Translations under genes and position numbers: made by a program
Assembly (NCBI RefSeq): GCF_009914755.1
Contig: NC_060929.1
Reading direction: 5' to 3' (one strand)
Source: the human T2T-CHM13v2.0 reference genome, Homo sapiens
DNA length: 64,000 nt
The notes under the pieces: model-generated
Databases searched by the model: none
Seen by the model: the letters and a program-made list of their open reading frames with translations, nothing else
What the model was told of the DNA's origin: nothing
Shown: positions 29,772 through 42,841 of the stretch, piece after piece
How the letters are laid out: each line of letters starts with the position of its first letter
Position numbering within the stretch: the stretch's first letter is position 1

Positions 29772-30903
29772 AAAAAATGTATTTCCATGGCTTAAATTAA
29801 AACAGAGTATGGTCATTTATCACTTTTGAAAGCAAAAGATTCGTTCACAATCCTTCAGTGCATCAATCAGATGGGGCTAGGCTTTTTTTTAGTTAGTCCA
29901 CAGCTAAAAGCTTACATTAGAATGTAATTCATTATCATGTCCACACAGATATAATGCCCCAAGGATTTGCTATTTGTTTTTCCTTAGTATCATGAAATTT
30001 TTGTGAAACAGCAATATGAAATGCAGAAAGTCCAGTCTCATGATAACTTGGCACTTTCCATTGCAGGGCTTTGAATTCTCCTACATCAAAGCTTCATTCA
30101 GAAACCAAAAGGGTTATGCAAAAAGTGGAATTCTACCTCAATACAAACTCAGGAAGAACTAGACATCCTTCAAGGCTGGAATGAAAAACCTAAGCTCCTG
30201 CCATAGATTTATGTCCAATCAGAGGAGAAACAGTACAGATTAATAACAATTTGCAAAGGAATCCCATGAACATTTGGTGAGTGCTCTCTGACCCAGCAGA
30301 GATCCATCTGTGGGATGTCCAGGTTAGAGAATACCCAGAGAGGCAAACAGCAGTTTGACTTGAGCCTTAGCCCTCATACCAAGAGCACAGTTTGATTTTG
30401 GCTTGGCTATAAGCATGTATGCCTAAAGTGGAATGCATTGTATAGAAATGCTTGAATTTGAATCATTTCTTAGATGTCTGGCATTGTGATCTTTACAAAC
30501 TTTTAATAAATGGCAATCAACCCAAAAGGTTCGAATACTTACTTTTTTAGCAGCAAAGGTCAAAATTTGGATGTGCAAATTTTGGTCTTATTGTATGTCA
30601 TTGGGAATGTAAAAGCTAACATTTATCTTTAAACCTACTAAACTATTCTGATCATCAGGGAAATAACCCAGTAGGCTTCAATGGAGGTTCTCTAAAAGGG
30701 TCTCAGGGATATTCGTTTTATGGACTTGACAAAAATTTTAATTAAACTCTCAAGAAGGCAATTACAGGGTCAAGAAAGGACATGGAACCTTAGGTCATTG
30801 AGAGAGAGGTAACAGCTTCCAAAAGCTTATATAAAAGTGATTCTGTATCCCCATAGCATTATGATTGATGATGCTTCATAGGACTCATGATTTAGAGCAC
30901 ATA

Positions 30904-31273
30904 CAGATGCTCCCCAACTTATGATGGAGTTACATCCTGATAAACCCATTGGAAGCTGAAAATATCATAAGAAGTTAAAAATGCATTTAATACATCTAAC
31001 CTACCAAACATCATAGCATAGCCTTGCCTATGTTATATGTGCTCAGAACACTTACATTAGCCTAGAGTTGGGCAAAATCATCTAACACAAAGTTAATTTT
31101 ATAATAAAACATTAAATATCTCATGTAATTCATTGAATATTGTACTGAAAGTGAAAAACAGAATGGTTGTATTAGTACTCAAAGTACAGTTACTACTGAA
31201 TGTGTATTGCTTTTGCACCATCGTAAAAGCTGAAAAATCTTAAGTCAAACCATCAGAAGTACAGGATAGTCTG
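30904..31273. mobile_element. MER47A (Tigger-family MITE)
   Basis: CAGATGCTCCCCAACTTATGATGG...ATAGTCTG flanked by TA. Confidence 0.85.
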
Positions 31274-31921
31274 TACTGTCAAATCAATTGTAAGACTGGT
31301 AAACATTTGTTGGGGGTGATAAACTGGTTAAAACATAAGAGAAAATTATTTACCTGTGCTTAGAATATGTTATAAACCCTAATGCATTCATCTTATTTGT
31401 TATTTTTTTCAATGACTATTTATAATTATTTTTATTTACCAATTCAGTACATACCCATTGTGAATTATTTTAATCCAGATAAAGGAAAATAAAATTGCCT
31501 TCCAGAGACAGGAACAAATAACATTTTGTTCTCCTTAAACAAACAACACAAAGATCACACTGTGTGTTCTGTCTTGAAATCTTTTCTCATTGAACAGTTT
31601 TCTTTATCATTAAATGTTATTAAATATTCTTCTATATTTGTAATAGCTTTTATTAGTCTCTTCTATATATTTACCATATAATTTATTTAGTGATGTCTCT
31701 CTGGATATTTATGTTGCTTCTAATTTTTCAGTATTAATAAGACAGTACTATAACACATTTGTTTAGCTTTAATTATCTCCTTAGGAAAAATGTTTAAAAG
31801 TGCCATTTATGACTCAAGGGACACACAAAAGTCTAAAGTATCTGATGCTTGTAGCCAAATTACCATCTGAAAGATTTAGTGCCAACCTATCTATAAATGT
31901 TTTCACCTTAAAAGAAAAGAG

Positions 31922-32292
<371 letters not shown>

Positions 32293-32926
32293 CTAGTTTT
32301 CTTATTTGAAATTTTCAGAGGTTGATACAAGATGGAGTAGAGAAGAATTAAATGTCTGGTAATAGACATCAACATGTAGGCAATGCATTTAACAAAAAGT
32401 TTTTTAAATTCTCTTTCATGTGTTTCTTTCTCTTTCTTATGTGTCTTTTTTTCTCTCTCTCCCCACCATCCTCTGTCCCCAGAATAAAAAAGAGGTTCTC
32501 TTATTAGAGGGACAAATATACCTAAGGCAAAATCTCCTACAAAGCCTTTTGCTGGTGCCTATGAGCATAAGAAATTAATGGGGGTGTAATGGGGGACAGT
32601 GTTAATTAGCAAAAAGAATAATAATTAAAAAGCATTTGGTTCAAGGTTTAGGGCAGGAAAATTAGAGTGGTTGCATATTACAGTGGGCACTTACATATGG
32701 CCCTTTCATCAGGCAGAAAGACCAACATTGGAAAAGAGGATTTAGGAGACTACTTTCCTTGTCTTTGACTCCTCTATTTGATTATTAGTTAAATATATTG
32801 TTAAAAATAACTACTGGGAAAAGAACAATAAAGCCCTTCAGACTCACAGACCCTTTTGCTAGCGTACTTTTGTCAAGATTCCTGTGGTTAAATCAGTGTA
32901 TTAAGAAAAGGAATAATTAGAGACAA

Positions 32927-32927
<1 letters not shown>

Positions 32928-32959
<32 letters not shown>
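32928..32959 (+). repeat. (TG)16 microsatellite
   Basis: Read directly. Confidence 0.95.
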
Positions 32960-32963
<4 letters not shown>

Positions 32964-33320
32964 TGTGTATGTGCATAGGAGGGTGAGGGTGGAAGATCGA
33001 TGTGTGAAGTGTAAACATTTTGTGTTTAAATTGTAAAACAAACAACAAAACAGTTAAAAATATATTAAATGAGTTATATGTTGCCTTAGTCCATTTTGTG
33101 CTGCTATAACAGAACACATGAGACTGGGTAACTTATAAATAATAGAACTTGATTTCTCACACTTCTGGATGCTGGGGAGCCCAAAATCAGGCCCTGGCAT
33201 CTGGTGAGGACAATCTTGCTGCATCATAACTTGGCAGAAGGGCAAAGAGAGGGCAAGAGGGAGCAAGAGATCAAATTTGCAGCCACAGCCTTAAGCCTTC
33301 AATTTAATTGATTTATTTAA

Positions 33321-33872
33321 TGTCAATAAAAAGAGTCAAACTTTGTAATATGTTTTAAGAGATTTATTCTGAACCAAATATGAGTGAACCTGGCCCATGA
33401 TACAGCCCTCAGGAGACTCTGAGAACATGTGCCCAAGGTGGTCAGGGCACAGCTTGATTTTATACATCTTAGGGATGAGACATCAATAAAATACACAAGA
33501 TATACAGTGGTTCAGTCCAAAAGGTGGGACAACTTGAAGGTGGGGAGGACTTCCAGGTTATACGTAGATTTAAAATTTTTCTGTTTGCAATTGGTTGAAA
33601 GAGGTTGTGGCGACCAAAGTTTTATCCTTAAGATAAAACTTTTATCATGCTACCTCCAGGTAACAGGCTTCAGAGAGAATAAATTGTATATGTTTCTTAT
33701 CAGACTTAAGTCTGTTTGATGTTAATGCTAGAGGGGTATAATGAGGCATATCTGACCCCCGCTTTTTATCACTGCCTGAACCAGTCTTTCAGGTTACATT
33801 TTGCAGTGCCTGACCAAGGAAGGAGTCCATTCAGATGGTTGGGGGCCTTAGAAGTTTTAGTTTATATTAACA
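33321..33872. mobile_element. MER4-family ERV1 solo LTR
   Basis: TG...CA termini; GAGAACATGTGCCCAAGGTGGTC motif. Confidence 0.8.
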
Positions 33873-34624
33873 TTATTTAAAAATAAATTTTATTGTGTAT
33901 ATTTAAGATATACAAGATGACGTTATAAGAAACATAAATATGTATTTATATATAACAGTGCATTCATCTTATTTATCTTACATATATATGTGTATATCCA
34001 TATATACATATATATATGGTTACTATAGTGGAACGAATTAACATACCCATCTTCTCATTGTAAAAAGTGAGGCCAAGCTGTAGTATATGGTGAAGGATGC
34101 TCTGACACCTGGGGCTCACATAGTATCAAAACTGGCTGCAGAAGCAGCATTAGAGCTTGAGGGTAACAACTATCACTTCTCCATAAATCTGAAGTGATAA
34201 CCATCTCATTTCTTGAGTGTCATGATCAAAGTCCCCTTAGGTCTACCCTCTAGATTGAAATATTTAACTTTATTAAATATTACCTCAAAGGTATGGGTAG
34301 AAAAAATATTCACATAATTTAGGGCTGCCTAGTTCTGCAAACTCCTCCAGAAACAAAAACCTACCCTCCTTAACATTCCTCCTTCCTTAACATGAGTGCA
34401 GAACCTGTCTCCTGTCTGTTTCCTGCCTTCTTCTTCAATGCCTTTCTGGCCTAGGCACTAGTCTGTGAATCTGTTTTCACAACCAGAATCACCTCTGCTC
34501 TCAGTTCTACAGTTCCAGCCCATCTCCTCTGTCCTCCAGCCACGAAATCTCTCAGACTCACTAGGGATGGGGCCAGTACCTGCATTTTTAATAAGCTACC
34601 TCCCCAACCCTGCCCCAAAAAGAT

Positions 34625-34935
34625 TTTAAAAAATGTTTAATTAACACATACTAATTGTGTATATTTTTAAGGTACACAGTGATGTTTTGATACGTACAAT
34701 GTGTATTGATCTAATCAAGGAATAAAACATATCCATTATCTCAAAAATGTATCACTTCTTTGGGCTGGGAACTTTCAATATCCTCTATTCTAGCTATTTG
34801 CAAAAATATACTACTGTTAACTATAGTCATCCTATAGTGCTATGGAACACTAGAGCTGATTATTCCTACCTTGTTTTATAATATTGTATCCTTTAACAAA
34901 TATCTCTCTGTCCCCTGGTTCCCCCTACCTCCAGC
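34625..34935 (-). mobile_element. L1MA 3' end
   Basis: Antisense L1MA 3' UTR (TGTTAACTATAGTCATCCTATAGTGCTAT...). Confidence 0.8.
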
Positions 34936-35178
34936 CTTTTTATAATCAGCATTAATTCATTCATGAAGGTGGAACCCTCATAACCTAAACACCTCCCAAC
35001 ACTGTTGCATTGGGGATTAAGTTTCCAACACATGCTTTTTGGGGGACACATTCAAACCATAGCAACTATGTTACTGCAATTTTAGAAGTGAATCTTTTTA
35101 ACATGAGTTAATGTGATGTTATAAACCATGATATTAGTTGATGACTAAGGTCAAATGTGAAAGGTAATTTATTTTTAA

Positions 35179-35500
<322 letters not shown>

Positions 35501-36674
35501 TATTCCTTCCTTTCTTAACCAAAGAGAAGCTCTCTCCTTTATCAAATCCACATTATTTCATTTGTCACAAATTTTAACTCTGATCTTAAAGATACAAGAA
35601 TGATACATAATTTCAGAAACAACATTGTGAATCATAGGTACAAGGTAACTGACATTTACTGTAAAAATAAAAAAGCAAGTATAGGAATTACTTATTGGCA
35701 AAGTATACATTACAGTATGGATATACTCCAGAATCTCTAGAGATGACTCTTTTGTTCTTAATTTAACAAATGTTAACCAAGAATTAACTTTGTGTTAGCC
35801 ACCAAAAGTAGACAAATAAATAGACTTTAGTTTAAATGTGGCTTGGTAAGCTATATTTGATCCCTTGTGCTTCATTACTTTTCATGAACTTAGACAACAG
35901 CCATAACCCAGATCTTCTATCTGTGGAGAAGTATTGCTGAGAGCAGAACAAATTGGACATGGTCAAGGGAGGAAGCCACAAGAAAATGTATTGTTTTCTT
36001 CTAATCATCTCAGGCAGTGAGTTCTCTAAAACTCAGAGTTCTCCAAAGATAGGTTGAACTTCCTAAGAAGTCTTATTAATAAACCCTTGTTTGGAAAAGT
36101 ACAACTAATTTGAATGTGTATGGAAGCTGTCATACACATTCAAATTAGTTGTCTAAGTTCATACATACTGTAATGTATACATTATAGCCACCAAAAACCC
36201 AATGGTACAGTTTGGTGAATTCCTCATCTCAGTGGGAAATGTGAGATAGTGTATTAATTCTTCATTTTTGCAGTAAAAATTTACATTTTTATAGATGCTG
36301 TCTAAAGTTGATAAAGGAATAAAAATTTAAGTAAATTACATCAAGTTATAAATCCACTGAGGAAAAAAAAGAAAACAAACTTCTAAAATGGTAGGAAAAG
36401 CATGGACACACAAAAGCAAACAAAACACATCAATAGAGCAAAATATTAAAATCTAAAAAAGTATTGAAAACAGAAGGCATAAAACAAAATGGCAAAAAAA
36501 GATCAAATACATATGCCACATACAAATGTAAATAGTATAAACATTAACATCTCAGTATAAATGATATACAGGCAATATAAACAACATACAGATAAAAATA
36601 AAACAACTATGTTGGATATACAAAATACATATAAACAATAAAGTGTTTGAAATGTTACAAGTGAAGGTGTAAGT

Positions 36675-36724
36675 AAAATATTACAGGAAAATATTACAGG
36701 AAAGTATTACAGGAAAATATTACA
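36675..36724 (+). repeat. 13-bp tandem repeat AAAATATTACAGG x ~3.8, inside an old L1M
   Basis: Read directly. Confidence 0.9.
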
Positions 36725-39700
36725 AAAATCAGGAATTTTAATGTTAATATCAGACTGCTAAACTCAGGTAGGTAACATTAAATAAGACCAGAAAGACAAC
36801 TTATATCAATAAGTGGTTCAATAAACTATTTATCACAATAAATATAACATCAGAATTTATAAATCAAAATAATAAAGAAATACAAGAAAAATGATAAACA
36901 TTATAATAGTAAGAGGCTTTAACTCCCAAAGTCAGTTCATGAAAAAGTAGACAAACAGATCAGAAAAAAAGAGACTAGAAAGGACTTAAAGTAACTTAAT
37001 AAGATGAATTGAACTTTATACTCTGAAGACAAAGAATACGCCTTGCATTCTACTCTTGTAATATTTTCTAAAACTAACCACAATTACACTACAAAATACC
37101 TTATAAAATATAACTAGTATATACACATGTTTTTAAATGCTCAAATTCATTCATTACTTTAAAAAACACAGATTTAGATAAGACGTCATGTTTCACTTAC
37201 ATGATTGGAAAAGGTCATCATGTTTGGTGATACACAGCATTGTCAAAGTCATGGGAAAAAGAGACTATCATACACTGTTGATGGAAGTAAAATTTAGTGA
37301 GGTTCAGAAATATCTTACAAAATTTAAGTGATAGCCTTTTTTAACTTAGAAATTCTATTTTAGAAATTTAGCATCCAGTTATACTCATATATGTACATAA
37401 AAATGTAATTAGTATGTTTATTGAGGTCTTGTTTGTAACAAAAGCAACTGGAAACCATCCAAATGTTCATTCATAAGAAATTTGTTAATAAAATATGTCA
37501 TATCCATAGATCATAGGCTCATGTGAAAAGTTAGGCAAAAAAATACTGTTAAAGGGAAATAAACAGTGTTCAGGAAAGATCATGTAACATACCACCATGT
37601 TATAAACATTTTATATGCACAGAACATTTCTTGAAGAACATGCACACGAAAACCAATGGTAATTTCTTCTGGCTAAAGGACGGTCATTCTGTAGTGAGAA
37701 GGAAAGTTGTTTTTCTATTGTATATACTTTTGTACTAATTTTTGTTAACCATGTCCAAATATTAGATTTGCAAACCTTTTTTTAAGTAAACAAGGAATGA
37801 GAGAGACATTGTATGTGCCCATGAGGCACTTACAGGATAATGGAGGATACGAACATTTACATGAAAATGACAATACAATGTGAGAAATAAAATCGATTTT
37901 GTACAGATTGAGTGTAGAGGAAATGCCTAATTGTGATAGTGATTTTCTTATAAAAGCAAGGGAAAGTATTGTACAATGCCCCTCCCCCTTTTTTTTACTG
38001 TTAGCATACAACTTTCTAAGAAAACAGGCCTCATTTACCAACTTGAAACACGGGACTCAATGGTACCTAAAACTGCTAGATTCTCGTGAACAAAGGAAGC
38101 AAATGCAAGCAAAATCCAAGAGGAATTGTTACTAAATCAAATATGCCTTCTCCCTGTGGGGAAGAATCGTCCTTTAATACAGTCTTCTCTGATTATATTC
38201 TCCCATTCTCTCCTTTTATTTCAAGTCATCTTTCAGGCAGGGTTGAAAATTCTGTTCATGGTTTGCTGCTATCAATAATGAATGTAAAATATGTCCCCAT
38301 GAGTATGGTCATGGACTCTGTATTTTAAGCGAATTCTCCCATCCTGGGTGATGGTCTGTCCTGATGACTGTGTCCTCTGTGGCACTGGCTTTGCCACGTA
38401 TGTGACACAATGGTGGCGGTGCCATGGCAGTCAAGCTGAAGGCCATTTGCACAGTGTGACATGCCTCCTTGCTTTGTGCACTTCCAGTGGCTTTGATGAT
38501 GTGATCATCAAATAGTCCATTGTTAGAAACAAGAGACCACTTCATCTTGACATGGACAAAAGGGGTGAATTACTGAAAAGCTCGAAGGAGTTAAGTTTCT
38601 CACAATAAATAAACAGGCTGGGAAGCATTGACAGCAATATAATCCTTTAGAAACACATTGATCTTTGGGTTTCTGTGCATTGTCTGCTGGAGTTCAGAAT
38701 TCTACGCTTCTGGCAGAAAAAAAAATAGTGGAATGTTTAAATGCATGAAACATAATAGCTTATTGTAAGGGTGAAAGTATTGTGTTAGCAGGCCCCCATT
38801 TGACAGGATTTCCCTCAAAAGTTTCAGAAATCTCATGTTGAATTTTGATGCCTTTCATGATAAAATGCATTTCAACTCCCATATCATTGCACTCCTGCAC
38901 TATCACAAACAGATGCTTGATTGAATTTTGCATTACTACATGTCTCATTACTCTTTTTTCCTTGCAGTCTACCATTTAGTATCACCAAGAAATATTTTAA
39001 AGTGGATTTACTATTAGAGTTTGTTGTTAGTAAAGACAATTCTATGAATTAATATAGTCAAAATGAATAGGAAAAAAGCCATTAGGAAAATCTATTAGAC
39101 AGGTTCTCCATTGGGCCCTTCAAATTTCTATTTGGTAAAAGTGGAAAATATCTACGGCAGGAAATTCATATCATGTTTCACTATTTTCAACAAAAGTTTT
39201 GTTTTCAACAAAAGCCTAAGAAAAAAGAAATAAAATAGCTGGCATAAATAGAGATTCACAAATCTTCTGAGTGGAAATCACAATTATATCAACATTACAT
39301 TCTATATTTCCAAAAAGATTTTTCACCTAAATGAACGTTACAAAAATGACATATCATAACTTATAATTTTTAAATTCTATACTTTAGTTCTGTCATCGAT
39401 CTTTCATCCTATCATATTAGAAAGCTATCTCAATATGAAACTGTGCCTCTTTCTGTATTCCATAGCAGATAGAGTTTAGATGATGTTAAAGAAAAAACAA
39501 ATTGTTGCAATATTATTTTATCTTAATTTCAACAACCTCCTTAAAGCATATATTATGACAGTGCAAAGATTGTAATCTAACCTGTGTGAAACAAAGATAA
39601 ACTTTAAATTCATTCACATTAAGAATTTAGTTTAATTCAATGATATAATAAATTCTTAGATTTTAACCCCTCTTTTTCAATTGAAATGATTTTACACTCA

Positions 39701-40612
39701 TATTGAATTACCGTTTCACTTGAGAGATTTTACTAATGCTTGTTTTTCTCTGTCTGTATTTATATAACTTGTGAATTCTCTGCAACCAATTAATGATCCA
39801 AATTGGCTTTTCCTTGCCAAGATGTGTGCTATTTCCTTCTACCATGGACTGTTGTCTTCATAAAATGAAAAATCATTTCAATATTGACTTCAGTAAGACA
39901 TACTAAGACAAATGGCCCCTGAATAATAATGTCAGACTTTTCAAAGCCAAATGGAAATGAATTTCAGATCATCTTCTGTTTGTGATTATCAGCACCACTG
40001 CTCTTCCCATTAATACAGGTAGTAAGAGCTAAATCTACTTTTCCTTAAATAAATCAAAGGTAGTGGTTTATATCAAGGTTTTTGCCAAGTTTATTTGGTT
40101 TCTGTTCCCACTCAATCATTAATCTATACTTTCTGACAAATGTTTAGCTCAATATCAATTTCCTATCTTCCTGCTATAAGAACCCTGTTCAGCTTAGTAT
40201 TCCCAATACCTCACCGAGTGCCCTGCCAGTAGTTTATGCAAAGCTGGGTAACTACCAGCATACATGCCAGTCAATGTTCTAAGCTCTACATTATTGACTA
40301 ATTTCATATTCACAACATGGAGAATTAATGGTAAGAACCATTATTATCCTCATTTTACAAGTGACAAAACAGAGGCTAAAGAACTTATCCAAGGTCATAA
40401 ACTAGGTGGTGGAGGAGCCAGCTTTTAAACCTTTAAACTCAGGCAGTCTGACTCCAGATCCTGGGTTCCTAACCACTAAGGTATGAATTCTCAAAAATAT
40501 TAATTTTATACAACTGACTGATTTCATTGAGTACTTTCACAGATAGCATGGCCAAAATGCTGAAGGGGAGAAGAGAAAACTTTCTTGGCCAATGATATCT
40601 AATAAGTCAACA

Positions 40613-40946
40613 CAGCGGTCCCCAACCCTTTTGGCACCAGGAACTGGTTTCAGGGAAGATGATTTTTCCATGGATGGGGATGGGGGATGGTTTTGGGATG
40701 AAACTGTTCCACCTCAGATCATCAGGCATTAGATTCTCTTAAGGAGGGCACAACCTAGATCCCTTCCGTGTGCAGTTCACAATAGGATTCCGACTCCTGT
40801 GAGAATCTAATGCCTGCTGATCTGACAGGAGGTGGAGCCCAGATGGTAATGCTTGCCCACCCACTGCTTATCTCCTGCTGTGCAGCCTGCTTCCTAACAG
40901 GCGACAGGCCAGTACGGATCCACGATCTAGGGAATGGGGACCCCTG
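40613..40946. mobile_element. MER1B (hAT-Charlie)
   Basis: CAGCGGTCCCCAACC ... GGGGACCCCTG terminal inverted repeats; internal CCACCTCAGATCATCAGGCATTAG. Confidence 0.9.
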
Positions 40947-42152
40947 ACCTAACAGATGAGGGAGTTACATTATTTTCTCTTTCTTCTGCTAATTTGTTTT
41001 GTGTTTGTTTGTGGTGCTATGAAGGAATACACGAGACTGGGTAATTTATGAAGAAAAGAAAAAAAAAGAAAACTCAGAAAATGAAAGTATCAAAAACACA
41101 GTACAAAACATTTGAGGGCCTAAGGACATGAGACTGTAGACTGGAGAGCCCCACTGAGTGTAAAGGATAATCAATGAAGGAAAAGAAACCTCTTACCAAA
41201 GCACATCACTGTGAAATATCAGAACATGAGCAATTAAGAGATAAACTTGAAAGTTTCTGAGAGAAATAATGAAGTCATATAGAGAATGACATTGCACTTG
41301 TCAACAGAATATTGGAAGGGATAAAGCAATGGAAAAATGCTTTTAAGATTCTAAGGGATAATGATAGTTAATTTAAAATTTCATATCTTCATACCTCACT
41401 AATAATCAAGTGTGAGAGTAGGATAAATGTATTTTCAGATATGTAAGCTCTGAGAAGAATTCTCCTCCAGGCATCCAATTTTAGTAATCTGCAGAAGGAT
41501 GTATTTTCCCAAAATAAGCTGGTGGACTAGGAAATGAGAAGCCATGGGGTCTAGGAAGTACAGGATCCAATATAGAAATATCAGGAAAATAGTAAAGAAA
41601 GTCCCAGGGCAATAGCCATAGGAGCAAGTCAACAGACAGTATCCAAAATAAAAAATTCAAAAAGCAGCAGAAAAAATATTATTTAGAGACAATAAAGATA
41701 ATTATTAGAAGAAAGAACTAAAGTGTTTAAACTGATTGCTTCTGGGGGGTGGGATTTAAGAATAGACAGGCTAGGCTTGCTCCTTTTCCTCATAAGCCTA
41801 CACATGAAAGTTTTGATTTTTAAGCTTCTTGTATGACTTTATGAAAATTAACTTATTCAGTGAAGTATACCTATAAAATATAGAAATAAAATCAATGCAG
41901 AGTGGAATTAGTGATGGTGCAAAAAGGAAATATAAAAAATTAGATTAATCCAATTGAGAATGAGAAAGAAGGAAAAAGAAGCATAGAAAGCTGGTAGAGA
42001 TAAAAAGCACAAAATAAGATTATAGAAATAAATCTAAAATAAAAATAAAAATAATAAAATGAATTAAACTTTCCAGATAAAAGACAAAGAGTTTTATATT
42101 GTGTAAAATAACAAAACCCAGCTCTGTGCTATTTAAAAGACGTACTCAAAAG

Positions 42153-42480
42153 GGCCAGGTGCAACGGCTCACGACTGTAATCCCAGCACTTTGGGAGGCC
42201 AAGGCTGGCAGATCACCTGAGGCCAGTAGTTTGAGACCAGCCTGGCCAACAAGGTGCAACCCTGTCTCTCCTAAAAATACAAAAATTGTGTACCTAAAAT
42301 TTAATTGAAAGGGAAATATAAATACATATGTTAGGGGAAAAAATTGCCTGTATAGAGTAAGGATTTAACCTTTGCTAAATGCCAGGAGGCAGAGGTTGCA
42401 CTGAGCTGAGATAGTGCCACTGCACTCCAGACAGAGCAAGACTCCATCTAAAAAAAACAAAAAAAAAACAAAAAAAAACA
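42153..42480 (+). mobile_element. AluS with its central part replaced by non-Alu sequence
   Basis: Left arm and linker to ~42287, foreign sequence to ~42381, then the right-arm 3' half and A tail. Confidence 0.92.
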
Positions 42481-42797
42481 CATACTTAAAGCATAATGGT
42501 GCAGAAAAATAGAAACTTCAAAGATGGAAAAGCAAACACTAACCAAAAGAAGATGGTTGTTATTACATTAATTTCAAACAAAATAGACTGTAAGGCAAAA
42601 GATTTATTAGGGACAACCAAATTCCAACATGTGGCTAAATAAACAATTTACCCGTAAGCCATAATTCTGAACCCATGTGAACAAGATAGCTTCAAACTAT
42701 GTAAAGAAAATTTGAAGAATTTCGAGAAAAAGTAGAAAATGTCAAACATTGGGAAAAGTGTACACATTTAAAAAATCGAATTAACCATCTTGGGCTA

Positions 42798-42798
<1 letters not shown>

Positions 42799-42838
<40 letters not shown>
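42799..42838 (+). repeat. (TG)20 microsatellite
   Basis: Read directly. Confidence 0.95.

Positions 42839-42841
<3 letters not shown>

Larger units (their letters stand above)
33082..35064. mobile_element. MST (ERVL-MaLR) LTR split into 33082-33300 and 34932-35064 by a ~1.6 kb composite insert
   Basis: TTAGTCCATTTTGTGCTGCTATAACAGAA... left part; ...CATTGGGGATTAAGTTTCCAACACATG...CAAACCATAGCA right part. Confidence 0.8.

Noticed and set aside
36101-36152. Perfect 22-bp hairpin as a possible pre-miRNA or MITE
   Set aside because: The 3' arm is the first of several locally templated pieces, so a repair scar explains it better; no TSD or expression evidence.
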